This document shows positions 20,916 through 30,348 of a stretch of 32,000 nucleotides of DNA, one piece after another. Each line of letters opens with the position of its first letter. The stretch's first letter is position 1. Below the pieces are notes generated by a model. The model saw only the letters and a program-made list of their open reading frames with translations. It had not been told where the DNA came from and did not search any database. The position numbers were made by a program, and so were the translations under genes. Source of the stretch: an uncultured Haliangium sp. (lineage in GTDB: Bacteria > Myxococcota_A > Polyangia > Haliangiales > Haliangiaceae); the NCBI GenBank assembly GCA_964392045.1, contig CAYMOR010000035.1, forward strand, positions 38,201 through 70,200, in the 5' to 3' direction.

Positions 20916-21893
20916 CTACGGCGACGCCACCTGCGCCGCCCGGTGGATCACCGTCGGCGGCTGCACGCCCTGCTCGCGGTACGCGCGCTTAACCCGCTCG
21001 GTCACATCGCTCTCAAACAGCTTCTCGTAGCGCACGTCGAGCACGTAGGCCTTAGCCCGCAGCCGGGTCGCCAGGTAGCTGTCCTGAATCACATCGTTGA
21101 CCAGCACCAACACCGGCTTCTCGAGATACACGAACCGGCTGGTCCGCAACGCCTCGTACACGATCCGCTTGGCCACCCGGATGTCGCTGTCGATGGCGAC
21201 ATAGAAGTCCATCACGATCTGCATATCGAGAGCGCCAGCGTTGCCGGAGACCACGACTTCAGTGAGGAAGCGGTTATTCGGGATCGTCACCAGCGAGTCG
21301 TCGAGCGTCACCAGCCGCACCGAGCGCAGCCCGATCGACGAGATCTCGCCGTACTGCCCGGCTACCGTGACCCGATCTCCAACCTGGAACGGTCGGTCGA
21401 ACAAGATCGTGATGCCGGCCAGCACCGAAGAGGCCAGATCTTTGAGCGCAAACCCCACCGTCACCGCGATCGTGCCGCTCAGGGCTAAGATGGCCTCGCG
21501 CTCGAGCTGCACAGACGAGCTGACGACGATCAGGATCGCCACCAGATAGATGGCGAAGCGCAAGATGGTGCTCACCTGCTGGACCAGCAGGCGGCGATCG
21601 GAGAAACGATCCCCGAGCCGCTCGGCCAGCCCGTTGACGAACCGCAGCGCCAACGCCGCGATCGCGATCGCCAACAGCGCCACGATGAAGCCGCTTGGGC
21701 GCAGAAAGCGCAAGATCTTGGCCGCGTCTTCGCCCTCCTGCGCATGCGCCAGCACCGGCCAGGCCAAAAGCCCGAGGACCAAGGCCAGCCCCACCGCCGA
21801 CCTCGCGGCGGGGCGCCTCCACCCTGCCGGGGATCCCCATAACGAGCACATTGTGCGGCACATTTGCAGAGATAGCTTCACGATACTGCTCAC
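20916..21893 (-). CDS. MscS-family small-conductance mechanosensitive channel
   Basis: 325 aa. LKDLASSVLAGITILFDRPFQVGDRVTVAGQYGEISSIGLRSVRLVTLDDSLVTIPNNRFLTE is the classic MscS pore-helix/beta-domain signature. The track GTG start forms a GTGA overlap with the stop of the upstream 1357-aa gene. Internal ATGs at 21863 and 21851 are alternatives. Confidence 0.85.
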   Translation of the reverse strand: MSSIVKLSLQMCRTMCSLWGSPAGWRRPAARSAVGLALVLGLLAWPVLAHAQEGEDAAKILRFLRPSGFIVALLAIAIAALALRFVNGLAERLGDRFSDRRLLVQQVSTILRFAIYLVAILIVVSSSVQLEREAILALSGTIAVTVGFALKDLASSVLAGITILFDRPFQVGDRVTVAGQYGEISSIGLRSVRLVTLDDSLVTIPNNRFLTEVVVSGNAGALDMQIVMDFYVAIDSDIRVAKRIVYEALRTSRFVYLEKPVLVLVNDVIQDSYLATRLRAKAYVLDVRYEKLFESDVTERVKRAYREQGVQPPTVIHRAAQVASP

Positions 21894-24800
21894 GAGTAGA
21901 GGAGGTGGCGACGGCGCAGGTAGCGGATGATCGACTGCTGCCAGTGAATGCTGAGCCGGACCCGCGCGGTGCTCGAGTTGAGCACCAGATAGCCGTGCTC
22001 ACAGCAATAATCGACCGCGAAACGGCAAAAGTCGGGCGAGAGATTCGACACCGCCGCGAGTTCGTCCACGTTTATGTTCTCGTGCTCGACCACGGCCGTG
22101 AGCACAAACGCCATGTCGTCCGAGAGCGCCTCTAGGGCCTGAATCCGGGGCGCGGCGAATAAGTGGACGCGCGCGGTCCGAGTCTCCTCGTCGGGCACCA
22201 GCGAGCGCAACCAAAAGTGGGTCGCGACCCGCGGGTTGCCGGCCGTGAAGTCCCACAGCAGCCGAAAATAGCCGCGCGAAGTGCGGATGATCTGGGCCCG
22301 CGTACCCACGCCTTCGATGTTTGTGACCAAAAGGTCGGTAAAGTTGCTGCGATAGCCGGCCCGCCGCATGCGGGTGAGGATCAGCCGCCGCAGCTCCTCA
22401 TCGGTCCACGGCGGCATCTTCACCACGCGCCGAAAATACGCCACGCCGCCGGCAATGTTGGCCAGGTAGTCCCAGGCCACATCGTTGAAGCCGAGCACCC
22501 AGAACACCTGCTCGCAGGTCTGATTGACGATGCGCGTGAAGGTCTCCCAGGCGCGGAAGCCATCGACCTGCCGCAGGAAGAAGTTGTGGCAGCCATCGAG
22601 CGCCATGATCCGCGGCCCCTGGTCCCGGATCGCCTGGATCAGGTCCTCCTCGCTCGAGAACACCACCGGCCCGATGGTCTCCTCACCGCCCTGCGCGGCT
22701 GGCACCGCGAGCTCGAGCAGCCCGCCAAGCGCCGCGATCAGCGCCGCCGACTGGACGTACTTGGTGGTCACCTCGACGCTCGTAATCGGCGCCTCCAGCT
22801 CACTCTCGAGCATCGAGAGCACGGTGCTCTTGCCCATGCCGCGGGCGCCGACGATGACCACCGAGCCCTGCACCCGCTGCTCCTGCCAAGCCGCAAACGC
22901 GTCGCGGATCTCGGCCAGTACCTTGGTCTTGACCGGACGATCGGACGGCGTCAGCGCGCCCGCCGGGAACGCCGCCTGCAGGTCTTTGGGCAGCTCCTCG
23001 ACCCGCTCTAGCACCCGGCCGTGCTCGGCGGCGTGCTTCTCGACCCGACGCCGAAACATAAACGCCAAAAGCCGCTTGGCGGCGTCGAGGTTGGCGACCT
23101 CATCGCGGGCCCAGATCGTCAGCCGGGTGATGATCACGCTGGTTAAGGCCACGAAGGTGAGCGCCGCACCGTAGAAGCGGTGGCCGTGGCTCGCGATCAG
23201 CTGGGTGAGCTTCGAGCCGGGCTTTAAGTAGGTGACCACCAGCTCGGCGATGGTCTTGCGGTGGATGTGGATATAGACACCGGCGAGCACGATGCCGATC
23301 CACAGCGCGATCCGCATGAACAGCGCGTAGACCAGCGCCTCGCCCATACCGACCGTGATCAGCGCTCGCACGATCAGAACGATGCCGAGATAACCGGACA
23401 GAAGCCGCCACACCCGCCGCACCAGCTTCCACGAGATCGGCGCACGCGGCAACGACGCGGCGTTCACGGCCGCCTGAGCCGGCGGATTCGCTGCGGCGCT
23501 CGCCGACCCGGACGCTCGCTGCGCCTCGTCGCCACCGCCACGCGCGCCCGTTCCCGCTCCGTCGCGCGCACCTGCGCCCGCTCCGTCGCGCGCCCCCGTG
23601 CCCGCTCCGTCGCCGCGAGTGTGCTCAAAGCCGGCCTCGTCAAACTCGGCATTCTCGCGCGCGCGCTCCTGGGTCCGCGACTCGAGTACCGCCGTGATCC
23701 GCTCGACCAGGCGCATCTGGACCCGAAACGTCGCGAACCAGAACCCAATCGGGTGCAGAATGCGCGCCTCTGGCGGCGCCTCGGCATCGCCGCCGAGCTG
23801 CCAATACACCAGCTCGATCGCCGCCAGCCACAGCAGCGCAGGGCCAAAGCTGCGGGCGAACTCGCACAGCCGCGCCAAGAACAGCGTCCACGGCCCCACC
23901 GGCAGCGCAGTGCCGATGAGTTCGACCGCGCGCAACATCCAGCCATCCCAGCGGCGCAGACAAAACCGCAGCACAAACAAGATAAAGGCGATATCGAAGA
24001 TCCACCACAGCGCGCGCCCCAAAGTGCCGTAATCACGCAAAAGCGACAGCCCGGCGCCCAGCTCCTCGACTCGACGATTGAGCCAGTACGCGGCGCCGAC
24101 AGCCGCTTGGGTGGCCTCTTGCCAGAGCTGGCCCTGGGTCCGAGCGGACAGTGGGCTGGCCAGCATCTCGCGACGGGTCTCGGGCAGTGTCTGCCACAGT
24201 GTCATGCGGGCCCGATAGAGGGCCGTGATGTGCTCGTAATACAGCCTCACGCGCTCTTGCGTCAGCTCGCGTAGATCGGCCTCGTAGGTGCGAGCGCGCT
24301 TGGACAGCGCGCTCCTAAGCTCCTCCAGCTCGGCCCGGCCGGCCTCGTATTCGTCCGGCAGCGCCCGCACCTCGACACGCAGCGAGCCCGGCCTGGGCGC
24401 GGGCGCGAGCCCGGTGAGCAAGCCGAAGATCTCGGGCAGCGCGACCAGGCGCGCGCGCGCCAGTGCCGCCCGCAGCTGGTCGTGAAGCTCGGCCCGGGTG
24501 CGCTCGCGGGCGCGCGCCAGGGCGCGCTCGTCATCGTCTTCATCGGCGGCCACAGCGGCCTCGACGCGCTTGAGAAAATCGTCGCGCTCGGCCCCGAGCT
24601 GGTCGCGCTCGTCCACCACGGTCTGGCGATAGGCCAAGACTACCTCTTGCTCAAACCGGCCCTGCTCCTGCTGGACGTGATACAGGCGGGCTCGCTCGGC
24701 GCTCAGTGTGGCCTCGGCCCGCGACGCCGCCCGCGCTTGCTCAGAGCGCGCCGCCTGCTCGGCGTCGGCCGCGGCCTGGACGTCGCGCGCGGCCCGCTCG

Positions 24801-25963
24801 GCGGCCGCGGCAATCGCCCGCGCGCTCTCACCAACGAGTTCCTGCGCGGCTCGCCGGGCCGGCTGACTGCGGCCGAGATACGACCAGCTGGCCTCGACCA
24901 GCGCCAGCTCGCGCAGCGCCAACTGACCCCGCAGCTGCACCTGCTCCAAGCGCGCCGCCCGCACCGCCGCGAGCGCGTCGGCGGCGGCCTCCGCTGCGGG
25001 CTGACGCGGATCGCGCGCGCGCCTGCGGCCAGCGGCCGGCGCCGCCGCAGCGTCCGACTGCCAGCTCTTCGTCAGGGTGTCCTCAATCGCCGCCCAGTCG
25101 CTGGCCTCGGCGTGCAGCGCGACCCGCCGTCTGGTCAGCGCGTCCCGGAACGCCGCCACCGCGTCGGCGTCGGTGAGATCGACGTCGCTGGCCGGCCACA
25201 GCGCAACCGTCGGTTGGGCGTGGCCCGCCCGCGCGCCACCGTCTCCATCAGGGCCATCAGAGCCGTCAAGACCATCAGAGCCGTCAGGACCATCAGGACC
25301 GGCGCCACCGCGACCGCCGACCACGCCGCCGTCTGCGCCCCCTGGCCCGGCCAAGTTCGGCTCGCTGTCCTCAAACCCGTCCGCGCCAGCCGCGACCCCC
25401 GCATCCGCCATCGTACCGACGCCCGCGTCAGCCGCGGGCGCAAGCGCGGTGAGCCACGACGACAGCACCGACTCGGGCGCCACCGGCGGCGCCACCTCCG
25501 CCAGCCCCGCCGCCAAAAGGCCCGGCGGGGGCTCGACGACCTCGGCCGCCAGCCCCGTCACCGCCTCGATGCGGGCCTCGAGCGCCGCGCGCTCCCGGGT
25601 CAAGGCGTCGAGCTGCCGACTCCGCCAACGCGCCAGCTCGGCCTCGTCTACCGCCAGCCCGGCATCGGTCCACATCGCGCCGCCGACCACGCCCCACAGC
25701 GCCGTCGCCGCCGCCTCCCAGGTGCTGTGGAGCGTGTCGCGATCTGGTACCACGCCGCCCAGCGCCGCGCCGTCACCCGCGCCCGGCGGTGACCCGGGCC
25801 CAGCATCGGGCGGCGCAGCCGCAGCGGGCGCGGCTGCCGCCAACATCAGCACGAGCATAGATAGCGCACGCACGGCGACACCATACCGCGCGGGCGACCG
25901 CGTCCGCCACTTACCGGCGCCGCGCGGCTGAGCGGCGGCGCACGCTCCAGCGCCGCTGCTCAA
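21890..25963 (-). CDS. Giant envelope-spanning protein: signal peptide, ~600-aa periplasmic coiled-coil/low-complexity region, ~7-8 TM helices, cytoplasmic P-loop (AAA+/STAND-like) ATPase and a winged-helix-like tail
   Basis: 1357 aa.
- Signal-like N-terminus: [21 protein letters not shown].
- Long Ala/Arg/Glu heptad-like stretches.
- TM clusters: [22 protein letters not shown]..., [87 protein letters not shown].
- Walker [14 protein letters not shown] at nt ~22823-22849.
- Walker B-like [12 protein letters not shown].
- [16 protein letters not shown] and [11 protein letters not shown] resemble the lid/sensor-2 region of ORC/Cdc6-, ExeA- or Arch_ATPase-type NTPases.
The exact start is uncertain: TTG 25963, GTG ~25873 or ATG 25858. 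Confidence 0.75.
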   Translation of the reverse strand: MSSGAGACAAAQPRGAGKWRTRSPARYGVAVRALSMLVLMLAAAAPAAAAPPDAGPGSPPGAGDGAALGGVVPDRDTLHSTWEAAATALWGVVGGAMWTDAGLAVDEAELARWRSRQLDALTRERAALEARIEAVTGLAAEVVEPPPGLLAAGLAEVAPPVAPESVLSSWLTALAPAADAGVGTMADAGVAAGADGFEDSEPNLAGPGGADGGVVGGRGGAGPDGPDGSDGLDGSDGPDGDGGARAGHAQPTVALWPASDVDLTDADAVAAFRDALTRRRVALHAEASDWAAIEDTLTKSWQSDAAAAPAAGRRRARDPRQPAAEAAADALAAVRAARLEQVQLRGQLALRELALVEASWSYLGRSQPARRAAQELVGESARAIAAAAERAARDVQAAADAEQAARSEQARAASRAEATLSAERARLYHVQQEQGRFEQEVVLAYRQTVVDERDQLGAERDDFLKRVEAAVAADEDDDERALARARERTRAELHDQLRAALARARLVALPEIFGLLTGLAPAPRPGSLRVEVRALPDEYEAGRAELEELRSALSKRARTYEADLRELTQERVRLYYEHITALYRARMTLWQTLPETRREMLASPLSARTQGQLWQEATQAAVGAAYWLNRRVEELGAGLSLLRDYGTLGRALWWIFDIAFILFVLRFCLRRWDGWMLRAVELIGTALPVGPWTLFLARLCEFARSFGPALLWLAAIELVYWQLGGDAEAPPEARILHPIGFWFATFRVQMRLVERITAVLESRTQERARENAEFDEAGFEHTRGDGAGTGARDGAGAGARDGAGTGARGGGDEAQRASGSASAAANPPAQAAVNAASLPRAPISWKLVRRVWRLLSGYLGIVLIVRALITVGMGEALVYALFMRIALWIGIVLAGVYIHIHRKTIAELVVTYLKPGSKLTQLIASHGHRFYGAALTFVALTSVIITRLTIWARDEVANLDAAKRLLAFMFRRRVEKHAAEHGRVLERVEELPKDLQAAFPAGALTPSDRPVKTKVLAEIRDAFAAWQEQRVQGSVVIVGARGMGKSTVLSMLESELEAPITSVEVTTKYVQSAALIAALGGLLELAVPAAQGGEETIGPVVFSSEEDLIQAIRDQGPRIMALDGCHNFFLRQVDGFRAWETFTRIVNQTCEQVFWVLGFNDVAWDYLANIAGGVAYFRRVVKMPPWTDEELRRLILTRMRRAGYRSNFTDLLVTNIEGVGTRAQIIRTSRGYFRLLWDFTAGNPRVATHFWLRSLVPDEETRTARVHLFAAPRIQALEALSDDMAFVLTAVVEHENINVDELAAVSNLSPDFCRFAVDYCCEHGYLVLNSSTARVRLSIHWQQSIIRYLRRRHLLYS
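23544..23615 (-). repeat. In-frame 24-bp tandem repeat x3 encoding DGAG(T/A)GAR in a loop of the giant protein
   Basis: The plus strand reads ...cccgctccgtcgcgcgcacctgcg / cccgctccgtcgcgcgcccccgtg / cccgctccgtcgcc. The protein reads [28 protein letters not shown]. Coordinates are approximate. Confidence 0.7.
25245..25300 (-). repeat. In-frame 9/18-bp tandem repeat encoding (DGxDGS)-type sequence in the periplasmic part of the giant protein
   Basis: The plus strand reads ccatcagggccatcagagccgtcaagaccatcagagccgtcaggaccatcaggacc. The protein reads [22 protein letters not shown]. Coordinates are approximate. Confidence 0.65.
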
Positions 25964-26265
25964 TCAGGGATCGCGCCGGGCGAGCCCTGATCTGATACCC
26001 CGGCGTCAGCGACATCGCCCTCAGCACCCTCAGTGCCCGGCTGCGCTGCTGGCGGCGAGCTGGGCGGCGGCGGTGGCGGCGCAGGGACACGCGCCCCGGC
26101 GTCGCCAAAGAACCCCTCGGTCGAGACGTCGTGATGCGGCTTGGGATCGGGCCAGAACAGAAACCCCAAGGTGGTGGTGATGATGCCCAGGATGATCATC
26201 CCGCCGAGCGGCAGGATCAGCGCGTATTTGTGATCGCCGGGATTAAACGGATGCGAAGAACTCAT
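25960..26265 (-). CDS. Small single-pass membrane protein with a Pro-rich acidic tail
   Basis: 101 aa from internal ATG 26265 ([38 protein letters not shown]...[10 protein letters not shown]...). That ATG forms an ATGA overlap with the stop of the upstream pseudouridine synthase gene. Its own TGA overlaps the TTG at 25963 of the giant ORF. Confidence 0.55.
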   Translation of the reverse strand: MSSSHPFNPGDHKYALILPLGGMIILGIITTTLGFLFWPDPKPHHDVSTEGFFGDAGARVPAPPPPPPSSPPAAQPGTEGAEGDVADAGVSDQGSPGAIPD

Positions 26266-27563
26266 CGCTGTCCTGGCTTTAGCACACCCGGCCCGGAAGA
26301 TCTCGCGGGCGCCGCCAGCGCCGGGGTGACGACATCGCGGCGATCGAGAAACTCGCGCAAATCGGCCGGCAGCGGGCACTCGATCCGCACCGGCTGACCA
26401 GACACTGGGTGCGGCACGGTCACCGCCGCGGCGTGCAGCGCCTGCCGCGGCAGCACCAACAGCGCCCGCAGCGCGTCGCTCATGCCGTGGTCGCAGTAGT
26501 CGGCGAACACATCATCGCCGTGGGCGTAGAGCTTATCGCCGACGATCGGATAACCACACGCCGCCAGGTGAGCGCGGATCTGGTGCTGGCGACCAGTCAC
26601 CGGGGTACACCGCACCAACGCCGCGTGCGGCCGCCGCAAAAGCACCCGCACCCGCGTGAGCGAGGGCAGCCCATCGCCCCGCACCACCATGCGGATGCCG
26701 ATCCGGGCCGCGCTGTCGTTCACCAGGCCCAGCGGCAGGTCGATGTCGTAGTCGTCAACGTCGCTGTCGCCCGCGTCGCCCGCGTCACCCTCATTGGGCC
26801 ACGGTGGATCGCCCCACACCACCGCCAGATACACCTTCTGCACCCGCTTATCGGCGAACGCGCCTTTGAGCCGCGCCGCCATCTCACGGCCGCGGGCGAG
26901 CACCAGCGCCCCCGAGGTCTCGCGGTCGAGGCGGTGGCAGATCTGCAGCGCTTGCCCCGGCAGGTGCTCCGCGAGCACCCGCGTGAGGGTGTTGAAATAA
27001 AACCGTGCGGACGCGTGTACGGGTAACCCCGCCGGCTTGTCGATGACCATCATCGCGCCGTCGTCGTGCAAAATCTCAAACCAGCGCGGACACGGCGGCT
27101 CGGGCCGCGCCGGGCGGCGAATCACGATCTCGTCGCCGACCTTGACGCGGGCGCTCGGGGCCAGCGCGAGGCCCCGCACCGGCAAAAGCTGGGTGCGAAT
27201 GATGCGCTGAATCTTGGTCCGCGACAGCCGCGGGATGTGACGCTTCAAGTAGTGGTCGAGGCGAAACCCGGCGTCGTGCTCCTCCACCCGGAAGCGCCGC
27301 TCGACGATCCGCGGCTGGCCGCGCTCGTCGAGGTGGACATCGACCCCCATATCGAACTCGACGCCCACCGATCGGCGCTCGGCGGCTACCTCGGCCGCCG
27401 CACTGGCCGTCACCCCAGCAGCAATCCCAGCCGCAATAGTCGCGTCCCGGCTCGACCGATCGGGCGATAACCCGTCATCCCCAGCGCCGCCAGCGCGGAC
27501 GTCGGCGTCGCCCCGATCTCGACCCAGCGCGCCGCGCTCAGCGCTATCATCGTTCTCGGACAC
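26262..27563 (-). CDS. RluA/RluD-family pseudouridine synthase with an S4 domain and a ~90-aa low-complexity N-terminal extension
   Basis: 433 aa. The S4-like segment is [24 protein letters not shown]. The catalytic motif is [22 protein letters not shown] and HQIRAHLA blocks are also present. The start codon is GTG. Confidence 0.9.
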   Translation of the reverse strand: MSENDDSAERGALGRDRGDADVRAGGAGDDGLSPDRSSRDATIAAGIAAGVTASAAAEVAAERRSVGVEFDMGVDVHLDERGQPRIVERRFRVEEHDAGFRLDHYLKRHIPRLSRTKIQRIIRTQLLPVRGLALAPSARVKVGDEIVIRRPARPEPPCPRWFEILHDDGAMMVIDKPAGLPVHASARFYFNTLTRVLAEHLPGQALQICHRLDRETSGALVLARGREMAARLKGAFADKRVQKVYLAVVWGDPPWPNEGDAGDAGDSDVDDYDIDLPLGLVNDSAARIGIRMVVRGDGLPSLTRVRVLLRRPHAALVRCTPVTGRQHQIRAHLAACGYPIVGDKLYAHGDDVFADYCDHGMSDALRALLVLPRQALHAAAVTVPHPVSGQPVRIECPLPADLREFLDRRDVVTPALAAPARSSGPGVLKPGQR

Positions 27564-27590
27564 CCAGACTCGCGGCCTCGGCGGCCGGCC

Positions 27591-28667
27591 TCAGTCGACC
27601 ACCAGCGCGCCGCTCTCGACATCGTCGAGCGCTTCCATGCGCCGGCTGGTCTCATTGAACTCATCGAGCCGGCGCGCGCCTTCCATCAGAAGCTGGGTGA
27701 TCGACGCCGCGACCCGGTCTTCCATCTGCACATCGCCGGGCTTGAACTCAAACCGACCCTCCGTCCACTTGAGGAGATAGTAGACGCACTCGGCGTCTTC
27801 CATCCCCCACGACAACTCGCCGAACTCCTCTTCCTCCGCGTCGTCGTCGTCGCCGCCCTCGCCGCCGGGTATGTAATCGAGGGTCGCGTGAATCACCCGT
27901 CCCGCCTTGAGATAAATCTCAGCCACGCCCTCTTGCTCGTGATGCAGTATCAAGATGCCGCTCTTCTGCTCCATCTCGAGCATCGTGAGCAACATCGGCA
28001 GCCCGATCTCGCTCAGGTTGCCGGCGAGCGCAGTCTCGAGGTGGACCTGCTCGCCGTCAGCGCCGCCCTCGCCGTTGCTATCGCCCGGGCGGGCCGCCGG
28101 CTCCACACCGCTGATCGGTCGCCGCCGGTGTCCGTCCCCATCGGCGGCGGTACTGGCGCGCAGCTCGGCGTTTGAGCCTACCGCCAGCGTTGGCTCAGCT
28201 TGGCTGGTGGCGCGCTGCGCGCTCAGCTGAGCCGCAGCCGAGGTCTCCGGGGCGCTGGCCGGCCGGGCCGCGCCATCATCGCTGTCGGCGGCGGGCTGGG
28301 TGCGCCGCAGGGTGCGCGCGACGCGCAGGTCGAGTTCTTCAAACCGAAATGGTTTCGGCAGGTAGTCGTCGGCGCCGAGCCGAAACCCGTGAATCCGGTC
28401 GTCGTCCGAGCTAAGCGCAGTCAAGAAGATCACCGGGATATGCCGCAGCGCGGGGTGTTCGCGCATGCGCCGCACCAGCGCCCAACCGTCCACATTGGGC
28501 ATCATTACGTCGGTGATGAGCAGGTCGGGCGGGTTGCTCAGCGCGCGCTCATAGGCCTGCTCGCCATCTGGCGCCGTATCGACGTCATAGCCGCGCTTCT
28601 TGAGCACAGTGGTGACCATGCGCAGAATCCACGCATCGTCATCGGCGACTAGAATTCGCGGAGCCAT
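27591..28667 (-). CDS. Response regulator: receiver domain plus C-terminal DUF4388 domain
   Basis: The receiver reads [18 protein letters not shown]...[17 protein letters not shown]...PVIFLTAL...DDYLPKPF. An Ala/Ser-rich linker follows. The C-terminal part, [48 protein letters not shown], fits the DUF4388 pattern. The start is taken at M9 (28667), while the track start is 28691. Confidence 0.85.
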   Translation of the reverse strand: MAPRILVADDDAWILRMVTTVLKKRGYDVDTAPDGEQAYERALSNPPDLLITDVMMPNVDGWALVRRMREHPALRHIPVIFLTALSSDDDRIHGFRLGADDYLPKPFRFEELDLRVARTLRRTQPAADSDDGAARPASAPETSAAAQLSAQRATSQAEPTLAVGSNAELRASTAADGDGHRRRPISGVEPAARPGDSNGEGGADGEQVHLETALAGNLSEIGLPMLLTMLEMEQKSGILILHHEQEGVAEIYLKAGRVIHATLDYIPGGEGGDDDDAEEEEFGELSWGMEDAECVYYLLKWTEGRFEFKPGDVQMEDRVAASITQLLMEGARRLDEFNETSRRMEALDDVESGALVVD

Positions 28668-28723
28668 GACCTCTGTTAACGTAGCCACCACCGGCAGCGG
28701 CTGTCAAAACATGAAATGACCAT

Positions 28724-29788
28724 TCATCGTGTGTGTGCAGGAGCCCGTGCGGGAAATCCTGAGACCGGTATCGGCGCTTCTCCCAATAGCGTGGCGTCGA
28801 GCCAGGAGAGATCACCGGGCGTGCCCTCAGATGTGGCCGGCGCGACCGGCCGCGACGAGAAGCGCACCAGCCCCGACGCGGTGCTAAACAGCATCCTCCG
28901 GTCGCTATCGATATGCAACACCCGAAACCGATCTCCTGCCGCGAGCCCCGAGATCGGCTGCTGAATCGCAAACGCGCGCCCCTCGACCCGGGCTAACAGC
29001 GCCTCGGCCGGAGCCGCATCAGTTCCAGCCGTCCACCCGAGTAACCACAAAATACCGGCGTGATCGACCGCTGCCGCCTGCGGCTCCCAGGCTGCCCATT
29101 TCGGATCTCGGGTAACCAAAGTCGCGGCTCGCGCTCCGACGCGCAAGATTGCACCCTGTTGCGAAATGGCATACACCTGCGCGCCCGGATGACCCACCAG
29201 CGAGCTGACGTGGTCGTCGTCCGCGAGCGAGAGCCGAATGGGGGTCTTGGCGCCGCTGGGTTGAATCCGAACCAGTTGTTTTTTGACCGTCGCGGCCAAC
29301 ACCCGCCCGCGCTCATCCGGCCACAGCGCGGTGACCCGCGCCCCCAGCGTCGCCAGGCGGTCCCAGCGGGATTCACGCCAGACGTAGACATGTCGTCCGA
29401 CAGCGAGCGCCGGGCCGCCGCCGCGCGCGAGAATGGTTCGGCCGCGATTGGGCAGCGGGTGCGCGTGCCACACCGCTTGGTCGAGGCGAAACACCGGGGC
29501 CACCGCACCACTCGCAAACAGCCGACCCGCCTCGACCTCGATCGCACCGCGCACGGGCACGCCAATCCCGCCCTCAAAGCGGCGCCGCCAGGTCCCCGGA
29601 CGCGCGTCATCGGGCTCGAACACTTGCCCGCTCGCGCCGATCAAGAGCCCCTGTCTGGCGTCACCGTGGCCGCCGACGACCGCGCGGATCTCGGCCTGCG
29701 CGGCGTCTCCACGCGCCAGCTGCGGCGTCATCAGCCACGCGCAGGTCAGCGCGCCGATGACGATCGATGCGGCCCCCCGACAGCTCAT
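28724..29788 (-). CDS. Hypothetical secreted protein, possibly beta-propeller-like
   Basis: 354 aa with an N-terminal signal-like segment (AASIVIGALTCAWLMTPQLARG). Gly/Ala/Arg-rich ~45-aa segments recur with a hydrophobic strand periodicity. The start lies 2 nt after the stop of the upstream lipoprotein gene. I recognise no family. Confidence 0.6.
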   Translation of the reverse strand: MSCRGAASIVIGALTCAWLMTPQLARGDAAQAEIRAVVGGHGDARQGLLIGASGQVFEPDDARPGTWRRRFEGGIGVPVRGAIEVEAGRLFASGAVAPVFRLDQAVWHAHPLPNRGRTILARGGGPALAVGRHVYVWRESRWDRLATLGARVTALWPDERGRVLAATVKKQLVRIQPSGAKTPIRLSLADDDHVSSLVGHPGAQVYAISQQGAILRVGARAATLVTRDPKWAAWEPQAAAVDHAGILWLLGWTAGTDAAPAEALLARVEGRAFAIQQPISGLAAGDRFRVLHIDSDRRMLFSTASGLVRFSSRPVAPATSEGTPGDLSWLDATLLGEAPIPVSGFPARAPAHTR

Positions 29789-29790
29789 CG

Positions 29791-30243
29791 CTACTCGGTC
29801 TCTTGGCCGGCCTCGTCCCCGCCAGCCTCGTTCTCGCCGGCCTCGTTCTCGCCGGCCTCGTCCCCGCCGGCCTCGTCACCCGCGGCGCCGCGCAGGCTGT
29901 CGACAAAGTCGCCTTTGCACGACTCCAGCTCTTCCACGCTCTTCGCGGCGATCATGCACTGCACCGACTCGCGGGTGGCGCTGCCGCGGCACGACCGCAC
30001 CGCAGCCCGCGGTGAGACCCCGTAGTTGGTCCCAGCGGTGTCGTACAGATTGCGAATGTTGGCGACCGCTTTGGTGCAGTCCTCTTCCTTGGGACGCCCA
30101 CAGGCGGTCAACGCCATGACCAACGCCAGCAGCGACACAGATAGCAGCGGTGCCAGACGCGACGAGAACAGACGCGACGAGAACAGACGCGACGAGAACA
30201 GACGCGGCGAGAATAGACGCGAGGAGGAGAGACAGCGATTCAT
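29791..30243 (-). CDS. Small lipoprotein with tandem pentapeptide repeats at both termini
   Basis: From ATG 30243: MNRCLS-SSRLF-SPRLF-SSRLF-SSRLF-SSRLA-PLLSVSLLALVMALTAC (lipobox). The 4-Cys mature domain ends in GDEAG-GDEAG-ENEAG-ENEAG-GDEAG-QETE. The track start at GTG 30282 is an alternative. Confidence 0.65.
   Translation of the reverse strand: MNRCLSSSRLFSPRLFSSRLFSSRLFSSRLAPLLSVSLLALVMALTACGRPKEEDCTKAVANIRNLYDTAGTNYGVSPRAAVRSCRGSATRESVQCMIAAKSVEELESCKGDFVDSLRGAAGDEAGGDEAGENEAGENEAGGDEAGQETE
29805..29879 (-). repeat. In-frame 15-bp tandem repeat x5 at the 3' end of the lipoprotein gene
   Basis: The plus strand reads gccggcctcgtcccc / gccagcctcgttctc / gccggcctcgttctc / gccggcctcgtcccc / gccggcctcgtcacc. 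Coordinates are approximate. Confidence 0.8.
30155..30229 (-). repeat. In-frame 15-bp tandem repeat x5 in the signal-peptide n-region at the 5' end of the lipoprotein gene
   Basis: The plus strand reads agacgcgacgagaac x3, then agacgcggcgagaat, then agacgcgaggaggag. Coordinates are approximate. Confidence 0.8.
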
Positions 30244-30348
30244 GTCCGGTCCTGTCGACGGATTCGAGGTAACGTAAAACACCGCGCGATCCTAGCAAAG
30301 CCCTCACGAGATTGTGTCAGACGCGGCGGAGTTTCGACTCCCAGCCAC

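Noticed and set aside
22163-25931. Several long plus-strand ORFs (22163-23011, 22524-23174, 23261-24274, 24482-25792, 25077-25931) antisense to the 1357-aa gene
   Set aside because: Their composition is dominated by R/P/A/G runs with no motifs. The minus-strand frame carries the Walker motifs, TM helices and a continuous 4-kb ORF, so these are shadow frames.
29805-30229. A CRISPR-like array, suggested by regularly repeated 15-mers here and the 45-mers at 5967-6090
   Set aside because: The repeats are directly abutting with no spacers. They are far shorter than CRISPR repeats, lie in-frame inside coding sequences, and have no adjacent cas genes.
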